Positions 30,932 through 40,220 of a stretch of DNA of 64,000 nt are shown one piece after another. Source of the stretch: Candidatus Latescibacterota bacterium (GTDB lineage Bacteria > Latescibacterota > UBA2968 > UBA8231); NCBI GenBank assembly GCA_965242865.1, contig CBDETK010000013.1, forward strand, positions 5,024,001 to 5,088,000. The letters are read 5' to 3'. How positions within the stretch are numbered: position 1 is the first letter of the stretch; every line of letters begins with the position of its first letter. The notes under the pieces are model-generated. The model ran no database searches, was not told the origin of the DNA, and saw only the letters and a program-made list of their open reading frames with translations. Position numbers and translations under genes: made by a program.

Positions 30932-32533
30932 ATGTTTATCGCCCCTATCCGCTCCCTGTGGTGCGCCCTCGCCCTCTTGGCCCTGTTTGGCTGTGCGCCC
31001 GACGACCCGGTCGTGGCCCAAGTCGGCGACGTGGCCCTCACCCAAGCCGAGTACCAGCGCTTTGTCGAGCGCTTGCCGCCCAGCTTGCAGAGCGAGGACC
31101 CACGCGACCACCTCCAGTCCCTCGTCGATCAGGAGTTGCTGCTGCAAGAGGCCCGCGCTCGGGGGATTGAGCAAAGCGACGCAGTGCGCTACTCGCTAAA
31201 CGCCCTCGCCCGCAAGCGGCTCTCCCAGCGCTACCAAGCCGAAGTGCTCGCGCCCCAAGTGGAGGTGACGCCCGCGGAAGTAGAGCGCACCTTCGTCGAG
31301 CTGGGCTTTGACCGCGAGCGGCTCTTGGCGCGGATTCTGGTGCGGCAGCAACAAGAGGTGGACCGCGTATTGCAGGCACTGCACGAGGGCGAGCCATTCG
31401 CCGCGCTCGCCCAGCGCTTTGCGGCCAACGACCTTTTCGCCCCCCAGGGCGACGGAGTCGTCGGTTGGATTGGGCGCACCCAAGCCCAGCGGTTTGCCAT
31501 TCCGCCGCAGACCTTCCTCTCCCTGCCGGTCGGGCAAATTGCCGCGCCGCTGCCGCTGGCGGGTGGCTGGCAAATCTATCGCTTTGTCGAAGACCGAGTG
31601 GCCGACAAGGCCGAATACAAGGAAGAAGCCGCCCGCGCAACGCACCGCGAAAAGTGGTCGAGTCGCCAGCAAATCGAAGTGGAAGCGCTGAGCCGCTCCT
31701 TGGGCTTGCGGTTGGACCGCACGGGCCTGTACGCCTTGCTGGCCCAGCCGCCGCCGGCCGATTCGCTGGCCGCGCTTTTCCTCTACCGCTTTGACGGCGG
31801 GGCGATTTCCTTGGGCGCATACCTCCACGACCTGCGTGAGCTCGGGTTTCAGGCCGCGTTGCAAGACAGCGCGCAGGTGGTCTCGTTGGCCCGCACCGCG
31901 CTCTTGCCGGCCTATCTGATGGCCGCGGCAGCCCAGCGGCGCGGTTGGGATCGAGAGGCCGAATTTGTCGAGTGGCGCGAGCGCAAGCGCAAGACCTTGG
32001 TTTTGCAGCAGCTCACCAAGGCCGAAACAGCCGTAAAGGCCGTCCCCAGCGAGGAGGCGGTCGCTGCGTACTACGAGGCGAACAAGACGCGCTTCCGCAC
32101 GGCCGAATCCGTCCTCATCAACCAGCTCCTCGCGCCCAGCCGCGCCCAAGCCGAAGAGCTGCGCGAAGCCCTCGCCAACGGTAGCTCCATCGCCGAGGTG
32201 TTGGCCCGGCCGGGCGTCGAAACCCACGGCGACCCGCACGACGGAAGGTTGCGCCTGCGCAAGGTGGTGCGGGCGCGCTATCCCCAGCTCGTGGATGCGG
32301 CCTTTGCCGCGCCGCTCGGCGAGTGGGGCGGGCCGGTAGAGGTGCTCGATCACTTTGCCGTCTTCCGAGTGCAGCAAAAGGAGGGCGGCGAGATCCAACC
32401 CTTGGCCCAAGCGCGGGCGCGGGCGCAAGCCATCTTGACAGCGAGGAACCGGGACGCGCTCATGGACGCGTTGATCCAACGCCTGCGTGCCGAACGCGCC
32501 AGCCAAGTCGCCTTGTTCGCCGAGCACCTGTAA
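30932..32533 (+). CDS. PpiC-type peptidyl-prolyl isomerase / SurA-PrsA-like foldase lipoprotein with two parvulin modules
   Basis: Lipobox LFGC, VVAQVGD, LVDQELLLQEA, FAALAQRF..GVVGWI, YYEANK.RF, AAFAAPLGE..GPV. Confidence 0.8.
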   Translation: MFIAPIRSLWCALALLALFGCAPDDPVVAQVGDVALTQAEYQRFVERLPPSLQSEDPRDHLQSLVDQELLLQEARARGIEQSDAVRYSLNALARKRLSQRYQAEVLAPQVEVTPAEVERTFVELGFDRERLLARILVRQQQEVDRVLQALHEGEPFAALAQRFAANDLFAPQGDGVVGWIGRTQAQRFAIPPQTFLSLPVGQIAAPLPLAGGWQIYRFVEDRVADKAEYKEEAARATHREKWSSRQQIEVEALSRSLGLRLDRTGLYALLAQPPPADSLAALFLYRFDGGAISLGAYLHDLRELGFQAALQDSAQVVSLARTALLPAYLMAAAAQRRGWDREAEFVEWRERKRKTLVLQQLTKAETAVKAVPSEEAVAAYYEANKTRFRTAESVLINQLLAPSRAQAEELREALANGSSIAEVLARPGVETHGDPHDGRLRLRKVVRARYPQLVDAAFAAPLGEWGGPVEVLDHFAVFRVQQKEGGEIQPLAQARARAQAILTARNRDALMDALIQRLRAERASQVALFAEHL

Positions 32534-32545
32534 GGAGGTGTCACC

Positions 32546-35500
32546 GTGGCCAAAATAAAATGGGCGGCCCTCGCGGCTGGCCTGCTGTGGGTCGGGCTGC
32601 CAGCCCGCGCCCAGCAAGGGTACGACCTCATCGACGACCGCATCGTCGTGGCTGGACGCCACTGGCAGCAGTGGAAAAAGCCCGAACACTTGACCACCAT
32701 CGACCCTTCGGGCGCGGTGCGTCCGCGACGCCTGCGCTCGATTTACAACGTCCTCGCCGACCCCAGCATCGCCCGTCCGGTCGTGATCACCAACAAAGCC
32801 CCGCGCATCCTCAACGTGGACAGCACCCTGAAGGTCGATGTGCTCGGTCAGCCCATCCAAAACGCCCAGAAAAAGTTCGTGTACGACTATTGGGTGCGGG
32901 CCGGGGTCAGCCGCGCTGGTTCCAATGTCGCGGCCGCGGCCCACATCATCGACGGCGACCCGACCACCTTCTGGGAGCCGGACCCGCGCGACCCCATTGA
33001 GCAGTGGTGGGTCGAGGTGGATCTGGGCCGGGCGGTGCCGGTGGAGGGCATTTCCGTGCGCTTCGTCGAAGGGGGCTTGGGCGATCCCTTTTACAAGTAC
33101 CTCCTCCTCTTGGCCCCGAACCAGACGCTATCGCGCACGGACGACCGCAAGGTCAACTTCGAGCTCTTCGTCCCTCACGAAGGCCCGAACACCGAGCAGC
33201 GCGCCTTCTTCTTTCCCAGCGCGACCGCGACCGGAGGCGCGACCTTGGCGGCGCCGGTCAACCCGGGCCTCACAGTGCCCACCGGCGGGATCAGGAGTGT
33301 CAAGAGGCTGCAACAAATCAGCGCGGACCCGGCTTGGACCGGCAAGATCATCGAAACCATCCGCATCGTCATCACGGACACGCGCGGCGGGCGGGCCGAG
33401 CAAATCGACCAAGCCGCGTGGGAGGCCCTGCCCGCACGTGAACGCGGCGACATCGTCCACTTTGTGCGCGACTTTGCCGGCCGCGAAGAGCCGGTCGCGG
33501 CGGCAACCTACGAGTTGTTGGCCGAGGAGCGGCGCGGCCGCCGGGAATTTTACCGCCGGGAATTGCCGCGCTTGGCCGAGGTCGAGGCGTGGGGTTGGGG
33601 CGACAACATCGGCCTCGGCATGGTTGCCGGCGGCGGCACCTTGGAACTGACCTCGGCTGGCAAGACGCCGACCCCGGCCTTTGACGGCGACATTGGCAGC
33701 AATTATCAGCACGCCACCCAAGACCCCCTCAACCCGGGCGCCAACGTCCTGACCATCGACATGGGCGGCACGGTGTGGTTAGACCAAGTCCGCGTCGTCG
33801 GCGGCAACATCCGCGGCTACCAGATGCGGTCTTCCACCGGGGAACGCGACGCCCAAGGCAAGCTACGCTGGCGCGCCATCACCCCGCCGGAGCGGGTGAC
33901 CAACGTCGATAATGGCTTCTTTGGCTATCTCAACGATGTGCAAGACCCGGTGCGCAAGGTGCGCTTCCTCGACCTGCTGACCTTGGCCAACTTCATCGGC
34001 GACACGGAAAACCGCTCGGACCGCTTCTGGTCTCGCTTCAGCGAGCTGATGCTGTTTGCCGAGGGCGTGCCGGCCGAAGTCGAGCTGGAGTCCAACCTAA
34101 TTGAGCTGTCCGGGTTGGTGACCTTGGGCAACATTCACTGGGAGGCCACCACGCCGCCGGGCACCAAGGTCGAGATTCGCACCCGCACGGGCGACCAACT
34201 CATCGAGCGGGTGCGCTTCTACGACAGCAATGGCATTGAAAAGACCGCGGCCGAGCACAAAAAGCTCCTCGCCTTCCTCAAGGGGCCGATCGACACCTCC
34301 TTTGCAATCGGCCCGGGCTGGAGTGCTTGGAGCCAGCAATACCAGCGGTCCGGCGACCCGGTGACGTCCCCCAGCCTGCGCAGGTTCATGCAAATCCAAG
34401 CTCGCCTGCTCAGCGAGGACCGCGAGGTCGCCCCCGCGTTACAAAGCATTTCCGTTGAGTTGCACACTCCGGTCGCCCTGGGGCTGCGGGCCGAGGTTTG
34501 GCCGCCCGAGGCCCAAGTGGGCGTTTTGGACACTTTTGAAATTTTCGTCCAACCCGAGTTTCTAGAGCGGCCCACCTCCATCCGCAGCCTCGGGTTCGAC
34601 GAAATGCTCGTCAGCGCCGATCCGGGCCTCGATATGCAGCTCATCGACGTGACGGTAGCGACCGAGGCGCAGTTTGCTGGGGGAGCACCGCCCGCGCCGT
34701 TGGCCCTCGCCGACGGCCAGCGGCTGCAAGGCGATTCGCTCTGGGTGCGCCTCCCAGAGGTCGCCCACAGCGCCAGCGACGAACTACCGCCGCTTTACTT
34801 CCGCACGGCCGGCGATGGCGAGGAAGTGCCCACCGGCATCGATGGCGAGCTTTTGACGGCCACCTCGCATGCCCTGCTGCCCGACGCAGTGCGCGGCGCG
34901 GTGCGCTACTTCCGCACGGCCGGTGAAGAGCGCGTGGAAGTGAATCGAGCGACCTACGACGCGCTGCCGCCCGAGGCCCAAGGCCCGGTGCGCTACTTCC
35001 GCAAGATCGTGGGCGTGGGCAGCCAGACGCTTTTCGACGAGGCCGGCGACACGCTCAGCGCGGCCCAGTACAACCGGCTGGGCCGGGCCAGAGGGTGGGT
35101 CGTGGGCCGCGGTCGCCTCGTGCGCCTGCGTTTTGCGGCCCAAGTCTTTCTCCACGGCACCCAGCTCGAGGTGGCCGTGCGCAACCACGCAGCGAGTACG
35201 CCCTATCAGCCAGCCGACGCGGCCGACGCAACGGCGCTGCGGCCGTCGCAAACCCTGTCCATCGCCGCGCTCGGGGCCGAGCAAATCGTCGCGGACATCG
35301 CGGTCGCGCCCAATCCCTTCACCCCCAACGGCGACCGCGTAAACGACGTCGCCCAAATTGAATTTTCCCTGTTCAAGGTCTATGCCGAGCGGCCGGCGGC
35401 CGTGCGGATATGGGCGCTCGATGGCCGGCTCATGCGCGAGCTGTCCGGCGCGGCCCAAGGCGGGCGGCAGCACTTTGCTTGGGATGGGAAGGACGACCGC

Positions 35501-35608
35501 GGCCGCGTCGTGCCGCCCGGTCTGTACATCTGCCAGATCGACGTAGAAACCGATGTCCAAGACCGCGCCGGACAGCGGCGATCTCACCTCATCGCGGTAG
35601 CCTATTAG
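32546..35608 (+). CDS. Secreted discoidin-like/FlgD-Ig domain protein (paralog 1), ends IAVAY
   Basis: Signal peptide; IDGDPTTFW..VEVDLG discoidin motif; PNPFTPNGDRVND..WDGKDDRG.VVPPGLY FlgD-Ig tail; AAGGAGG RBS. Confidence 0.75.
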   Translation: MAKIKWAALAAGLLWVGLPARAQQGYDLIDDRIVVAGRHWQQWKKPEHLTTIDPSGAVRPRRLRSIYNVLADPSIARPVVITNKAPRILNVDSTLKVDVLGQPIQNAQKKFVYDYWVRAGVSRAGSNVAAAAHIIDGDPTTFWEPDPRDPIEQWWVEVDLGRAVPVEGISVRFVEGGLGDPFYKYLLLLAPNQTLSRTDDRKVNFELFVPHEGPNTEQRAFFFPSATATGGATLAAPVNPGLTVPTGGIRSVKRLQQISADPAWTGKIIETIRIVITDTRGGRAEQIDQAAWEALPARERGDIVHFVRDFAGREEPVAAATYELLAEERRGRREFYRRELPRLAEVEAWGWGDNIGLGMVAGGGTLELTSAGKTPTPAFDGDIGSNYQHATQDPLNPGANVLTIDMGGTVWLDQVRVVGGNIRGYQMRSSTGERDAQGKLRWRAITPPERVTNVDNGFFGYLNDVQDPVRKVRFLDLLTLANFIGDTENRSDRFWSRFSELMLFAEGVPAEVELESNLIELSGLVTLGNIHWEATTPPGTKVEIRTRTGDQLIERVRFYDSNGIEKTAAEHKKLLAFLKGPIDTSFAIGPGWSAWSQQYQRSGDPVTSPSLRRFMQIQARLLSEDREVAPALQSISVELHTPVALGLRAEVWPPEAQVGVLDTFEIFVQPEFLERPTSIRSLGFDEMLVSADPGLDMQLIDVTVATEAQFAGGAPPAPLALADGQRLQGDSLWVRLPEVAHSASDELPPLYFRTAGDGEEVPTGIDGELLTATSHALLPDAVRGAVRYFRTAGEERVEVNRATYDALPPEAQGPVRYFRKIVGVGSQTLFDEAGDTLSAAQYNRLGRARGWVVGRGRLVRLRFAAQVFLHGTQLEVAVRNHAASTPYQPADAADATALRPSQTLSIAALGAEQIVADIAVAPNPFTPNGDRVNDVAQIEFSLFKVYAERPAAVRIWALDGRLMRELSGAAQGGRQHFAWDGKDDRGRVVPPGLYICQIDVETDVQDRAGQRRSHLIAVAY

Positions 35609-35624
35609 GGGGCCAAAGAGCACC

Positions 35625-38282
35625 ATGTACATTAGAATAAGCGTCGTTTTGCTCCTCGTCGTCGGAGCCGCCCCGGAGGCGGTCGGCCAAGTCGATTACA
35701 GCACGCGCCTGGGGCTGGAACAGGGCGACGAGACCTCGTTTGCGCCCCAAGGGCCGGCCGTCATGCTCGGCGTCCTCGACCCGGCCGTGCGCCGCTGGTA
35801 CGTGCCGCAGGAGCTCTACAAAGAGTACCAGTGGCGTCAGTGGCAGTACACCAACTACGCCCGCAACCCCTACCAGCGCTACGTCGATATTAGCCTCGAA
35901 GGCGATTACTTTTACGACCTGTACGGCAATTTTCTCACCCGCGGCTGGTTGATCTTCAACAACTCCCAGAGCAAGCCGCAGCAGTTTGGCAATTCTCTGC
36001 TCAAGTCCAACCGCTTCCAGCAGTGGTTTTCCGACGTGGTCATCGCGTCCGACGCCAAGGGCCAATACTTCTACACCCTGACGACGAGCGCGCAGATGCG
36101 CTCGGTGATCTCCCCGATGGTCTTTTCCAAGCCGCGCATGGACGGCGTGCAGTTCGACCTCGCCACGGACCGCTACGAAGGGACGCTCATCTATTCGCGC
36201 TTGAGCAATCCGGGCGGCTCGACGACCGAAGACCAAGAAGTGCTCCGCACCAACAACACCACGCTCTTTGGCGGGCGCTTCGCGTACCAGCTCAGCGACG
36301 CCCTGCAACTGGGCCTACACGCGGTCAACGCCCACCAGTCGAACACCCTGTCGGACCGCTTGGTGGGCAACCCGTTTTCCGGCGCTTTGACCGTGGCCCA
36401 AAACAAGACCGTGTCCCTGATTCAGATCGTCCTGCGCGACGATTCCCCTGGCGACGATGCCGGCGGGGCGGCCTTCTTTGAGGCGGGTTCCGACGTGCTG
36501 ATTACCTACGAGGACGGCACCGTTGATGTGGGCAAAGACATCCGGTTTGAGCCGGTCATTGAGGGCGGCTTTGTCCAGCAGGGCTATATCGCCGCCAACG
36601 GCCCCGAGGAGATTCGCCTGAGCTACGACTTTGACAGCCCGGCCTTTGTCGATCGGGCCTCGTTTCCCAAAGAGGACATCGTCAAGGTTGAGTTCCGGCT
36701 CGTGCTGGGCAACGACTATCAGGTGTGGATGACCTCGGACCGCCAAGTCAATCGCGACGGGGAGGCCGTGCTGCTGCTCGTAGCCCAAGCCGAAGGCAAT
36801 GTGCAAGACATCACCAATTTGCAGACCGTCCGCTTTGAGTACGGCCTGCCGACCGCGACTCACCTGTTCGGCGGCAGCCTTGAGCTACGCGACTACGCGG
36901 GCTTTGACCTGTACGCCGAATACGACCTGAGCGTGAGCTACCGCAAGTACCCCAACGTCCTGCGCGACGAGCACCGCACGGCATCCGGCATTGGCGGGCG
37001 CCGCCGGGCGCCGGCGTGGATGGTGAATGCGTCCAAAAAGGCCGCTCCGTTCTTTGTTTTTGGCGAGGCGTACAGCATGGACCCGCTTTACAATACGCGG
37101 ACCTTTGTCACCACGGGCACGGGCGAAATCAACTACGACAGCGAGCGCGAGGGCATCGTCGAGCTCGTGGAGGACAACGACGACCAAGACCGCTTCCCGG
37201 ACACGGTGCGCTTTGACTGGTTGCAGGGCGATTCGCAGGTCTTCCCGGGCTGGGACCAAAACAACGACTTCGTGCCCGACATCAACCAAAACGACAACTT
37301 CGTGCGCTCCAACGCCGTGCCCGACTACGAAGAGCCTTTCCTCCGCTTCCACTCCGATCGGCCGGAATTTCTCTTCGGGATGGACATGAACAACAACTTC
37401 TGGATCGACCAGTACGAAAACGACGAAGAACCCGATTATCCCTACCGCCGCGACCACCGCGGCTACAATGGGTACGCGGGTGCGGACCTGACGCCCCAGC
37501 TCAAGGTGATGGTCGGGGCGTTGCGCGAGGAACTCATCTCGTCAGACCAGCACAACAAGAGCACCTACGCGCTGGTGACGTACGACGACAACTCTCCGCG
37601 CTGGGGGCGGTTGCGCTTGTTTGAAATGAGCAAATTGGTCGAGGACGACATCCCCAATCCCCTGTTGCAGTGGGCGCCGGACAATACCCTGCGCGGCGGC
37701 GAGTTGACCAAGGTCGAAGACCCCTTGTTGGCCCGCGACACTTGGATCAACCAGTTGTTTGTGGGGCACAATTTGCAGTCGGCCTCCTATCGCGTGCAGA
37801 CCAAGGTCAACTACGTGCGCTTCCGCCAGCTCATGAGCAAGGCCCGCCGGCAGGCCCTCGCGCTCGACGAGCAGGACTTCTTCTTTGGGGCGATCAACAA
37901 GGCCAGCTATCGCTATGCCTTGGGCCGGTTGAGCGTGGAGCCGCGCTATAAGAGCGAGTTCCGCAAGCAGTCGCGCGGCCTGTTCACCCTAGAGCATTCC
38001 ACGAGTCTGTACGGGCTTTTTTCCGCGGTCGTGGAAACCCGCCTCCTGCGAGCCACCCGGCTGCAAGCGGGCGTCGAGTACCTGATTTTTAACGACTTTG
38101 ACGAGGATGCCCGCGATTTCAACTCCATTACCGGCGCGTTTCAGTTTACCAACCAGTCCCAGTACTTGGGGTACAGCCTCCACGCCTTGGCCGGGTTGTG
38201 CATTGAGCGCGAAGCCTTCAAAGAGGCCGAGGCGCGGTACACGAGTCAGACCTTTATCACGATCTACGCAGGATTGGAATAG
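35625..38282 (+). CDS. Uncharacterised 885-aa exported protein, putative outer-membrane beta-barrel with Asp/Asn-rich Ca-binding-like inserts (paralog A)
   Basis: Signal peptide; alternating hydrophobic strands to the C-terminal FITIYAGLE; EDNDDQDRFPD, DQNNDFVPDINQNDN and DMNNN motifs. Confidence 0.6.
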   Translation: MYIRISVVLLLVVGAAPEAVGQVDYSTRLGLEQGDETSFAPQGPAVMLGVLDPAVRRWYVPQELYKEYQWRQWQYTNYARNPYQRYVDISLEGDYFYDLYGNFLTRGWLIFNNSQSKPQQFGNSLLKSNRFQQWFSDVVIASDAKGQYFYTLTTSAQMRSVISPMVFSKPRMDGVQFDLATDRYEGTLIYSRLSNPGGSTTEDQEVLRTNNTTLFGGRFAYQLSDALQLGLHAVNAHQSNTLSDRLVGNPFSGALTVAQNKTVSLIQIVLRDDSPGDDAGGAAFFEAGSDVLITYEDGTVDVGKDIRFEPVIEGGFVQQGYIAANGPEEIRLSYDFDSPAFVDRASFPKEDIVKVEFRLVLGNDYQVWMTSDRQVNRDGEAVLLLVAQAEGNVQDITNLQTVRFEYGLPTATHLFGGSLELRDYAGFDLYAEYDLSVSYRKYPNVLRDEHRTASGIGGRRRAPAWMVNASKKAAPFFVFGEAYSMDPLYNTRTFVTTGTGEINYDSEREGIVELVEDNDDQDRFPDTVRFDWLQGDSQVFPGWDQNNDFVPDINQNDNFVRSNAVPDYEEPFLRFHSDRPEFLFGMDMNNNFWIDQYENDEEPDYPYRRDHRGYNGYAGADLTPQLKVMVGALREELISSDQHNKSTYALVTYDDNSPRWGRLRLFEMSKLVEDDIPNPLLQWAPDNTLRGGELTKVEDPLLARDTWINQLFVGHNLQSASYRVQTKVNYVRFRQLMSKARRQALALDEQDFFFGAINKASYRYALGRLSVEPRYKSEFRKQSRGLFTLEHSTSLYGLFSAVVETRLLRATRLQAGVEYLIFNDFDEDARDFNSITGAFQFTNQSQYLGYSLHALAGLCIEREAFKEAEARYTSQTFITIYAGLE

Positions 38283-38285
38283 CGC

Positions 38286-40220
38286 GTGATTTGGCGCGAC
38301 GACAACTTTGGTGCCGCCGTCATCGGCTGCGCGCTCTTGGCCCTTTGGCCGCGCCTGACCTATCTCAGTGAGGTCGAGCAACACCCCTTTTGGGAGGTGC
38401 CGACTCCGGCGAGCCAGCCGTATGTCGAAGCCGCTCGGGGGGAGCCGAGCGCGGCCGTTGCCAGTCCCTTGTACCCGCTCTTTTTGCGCGGCCTCGTCGC
38501 GGCCGGGTTGGCTCCCCGCTACGTCCAAGCCCTGCTCGGCGCGGCGAGTTGCGTGCTCGTAGCCCTGATTGGGTGCGCCCTGTGGGGGCCGGGCACGGGC
38601 CTCATCGCCGCGCTGGCGCTGGCCCTGTACGGACCGGCCATCTATTTCACCGGGGCCTTGCTGCCGCCGGCCCTCGCGGTGTTTCTGGGGCTCTCGCTGT
38701 TGGCGACGCTCTTGTGGGCCGACCGCGGTGGGAAGGCGTCTTGGGGGGCCGGGCTTTTGCTGGGGCTGTGCCTGCTGGCCGCTCCGCAGGTCGCGCTCTT
38801 TGCGCCGGCCGCGCTGGGGTGGCTGTGGCTCGGCGGCCGGCCGCGAGCGGGTTGGGCCTGCGCCTTGGGAACGGCTGGTGCGCTGGCGTTGTGGCACGTT
38901 TTCGGGGGGGGCACAAGTGTCGGCGGCTCGCCCGACCTGCTCGTGCGCGGCGGGGAACACCTGCCGGCGCTGGACATGTACCACGGGCGGGGCGATTCGG
39001 TCGTCTTGGCGGTCCTGCTGTGGAAATGGGGCTTGGCGTTTCCCTTTGGCTTGGTCCTGCCGCTCGCGCTCTTGGGCGCGGGGCTGGCCTTGGCGGCCCG
39101 GCAGCGGGGTCCTGCGCTCGCGCTGCTGTGGGTCGCAACCGGCGCGGTCGGCACCGCGCTCTACGGCGCCCAAGCCGAGACGCGCATGGTGCTGGTCCCG
39201 GTGTTCTTGCTCTTTGCCGCGAGCGGGGTCGGGCAACTGACGCGGTGGTCTTGGGCGCGGCGCGGTTTGGCCGGGGCGGGCTTGGCCTTAGTCGCGAGCT
39301 TGGTCAGTGCCAAGACGCCCGAGATGGACCGAGCGGCGCAAGCGGCGCAGCACCGCTACTTGGGGCATGCCTATCGGGCGTTGGGCATGACGGCCACGGC
39401 CATTGCCGCGTACGAACGGGCTGTGGCCGCGGGCCGGGCCGACGAGGACGTGTATTGGGCCTTGGCCGCGCTGTACGACGCCCGCGGCAAGCCCGAGCGC
39501 GCCTTGGGCATTGTCCGGCATTACGTCGCGCACTGGCCGGCCGACAAGCGCGGGCAGCGCGCCCTCGCCGATCGCTACATGGCACTGGGCCGTCCCCAGC
39601 AAGCGCGCCCCATCTACCAACGGCTCGTCGCGGCCGGGCAGGAGGCCCTCCTTGGGCGTTTGGGGGACGCGCAACTGACCAGCGGCGCCCTCGACGAGGC
39701 CGTGCAATCCTACCAGCGGCTGCTCGCGTCGCGCCCGGATAGCAGCCGGGTGTGCTACCAACTGGCGCGTGCGTACGCAGCGGCCGGCCGGGCCGCCGAC
39801 GCCGAGCGAACCTATCGCCTGCTCCTAGACAGTCCGGTATACGGCGTAGCGGCGCGGGTGGAAGCGGCCGCGCTCTTGCGGCGCAACGGTCAGCTCGCCG
39901 ACGCCGAGCCGCTGCTTTCGCAAGCCGTAGCCCTCGCGCCCGACCACCGCGAGGGCTTGCTGCTGCTCGGCGAGGTCCTCTTGGAGCAGGACCGGCCCGG
40001 CGAAGCTCTAACGCACTGGCTGCGCCTCGCCGAACTCGCGCCGCACGACTGGCGGGTCCAAGGCCACTTGAGCCGGGCCTATAGCCAGTTGGGGCAGCTC
40101 GCGGAGGCGCGGGAGGCCGAGGCGCGTTATCAGCGGGAAAGGCGACGCGCCCAGCTTCAGCAGCGGGTCGAGGTTGAGCAGAAAGCCTTGGCGGAAAAAA
40201 TTCTCGGGGAAAATTTATGA
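38286..40220 (+). CDS. GT-C (PMT/ArnT-like) membrane domain fused to TPR repeats
   Basis: SPLYPLFL..VQALLGAASC..YGPAIYF multi-TM N-half, then helical A/L/Y-patterned TPR repeats. Confidence 0.7.
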   Translation: MIWRDDNFGAAVIGCALLALWPRLTYLSEVEQHPFWEVPTPASQPYVEAARGEPSAAVASPLYPLFLRGLVAAGLAPRYVQALLGAASCVLVALIGCALWGPGTGLIAALALALYGPAIYFTGALLPPALAVFLGLSLLATLLWADRGGKASWGAGLLLGLCLLAAPQVALFAPAALGWLWLGGRPRAGWACALGTAGALALWHVFGGGTSVGGSPDLLVRGGEHLPALDMYHGRGDSVVLAVLLWKWGLAFPFGLVLPLALLGAGLALAARQRGPALALLWVATGAVGTALYGAQAETRMVLVPVFLLFAASGVGQLTRWSWARRGLAGAGLALVASLVSAKTPEMDRAAQAAQHRYLGHAYRALGMTATAIAAYERAVAAGRADEDVYWALAALYDARGKPERALGIVRHYVAHWPADKRGQRALADRYMALGRPQQARPIYQRLVAAGQEALLGRLGDAQLTSGALDEAVQSYQRLLASRPDSSRVCYQLARAYAAAGRAADAERTYRLLLDSPVYGVAARVEAAALLRRNGQLADAEPLLSQAVALAPDHREGLLLLGEVLLEQDRPGEALTHWLRLAELAPHDWRVQGHLSRAYSQLGQLAEAREAEARYQRERRRAQLQQRVEVEQKALAEKILGENL

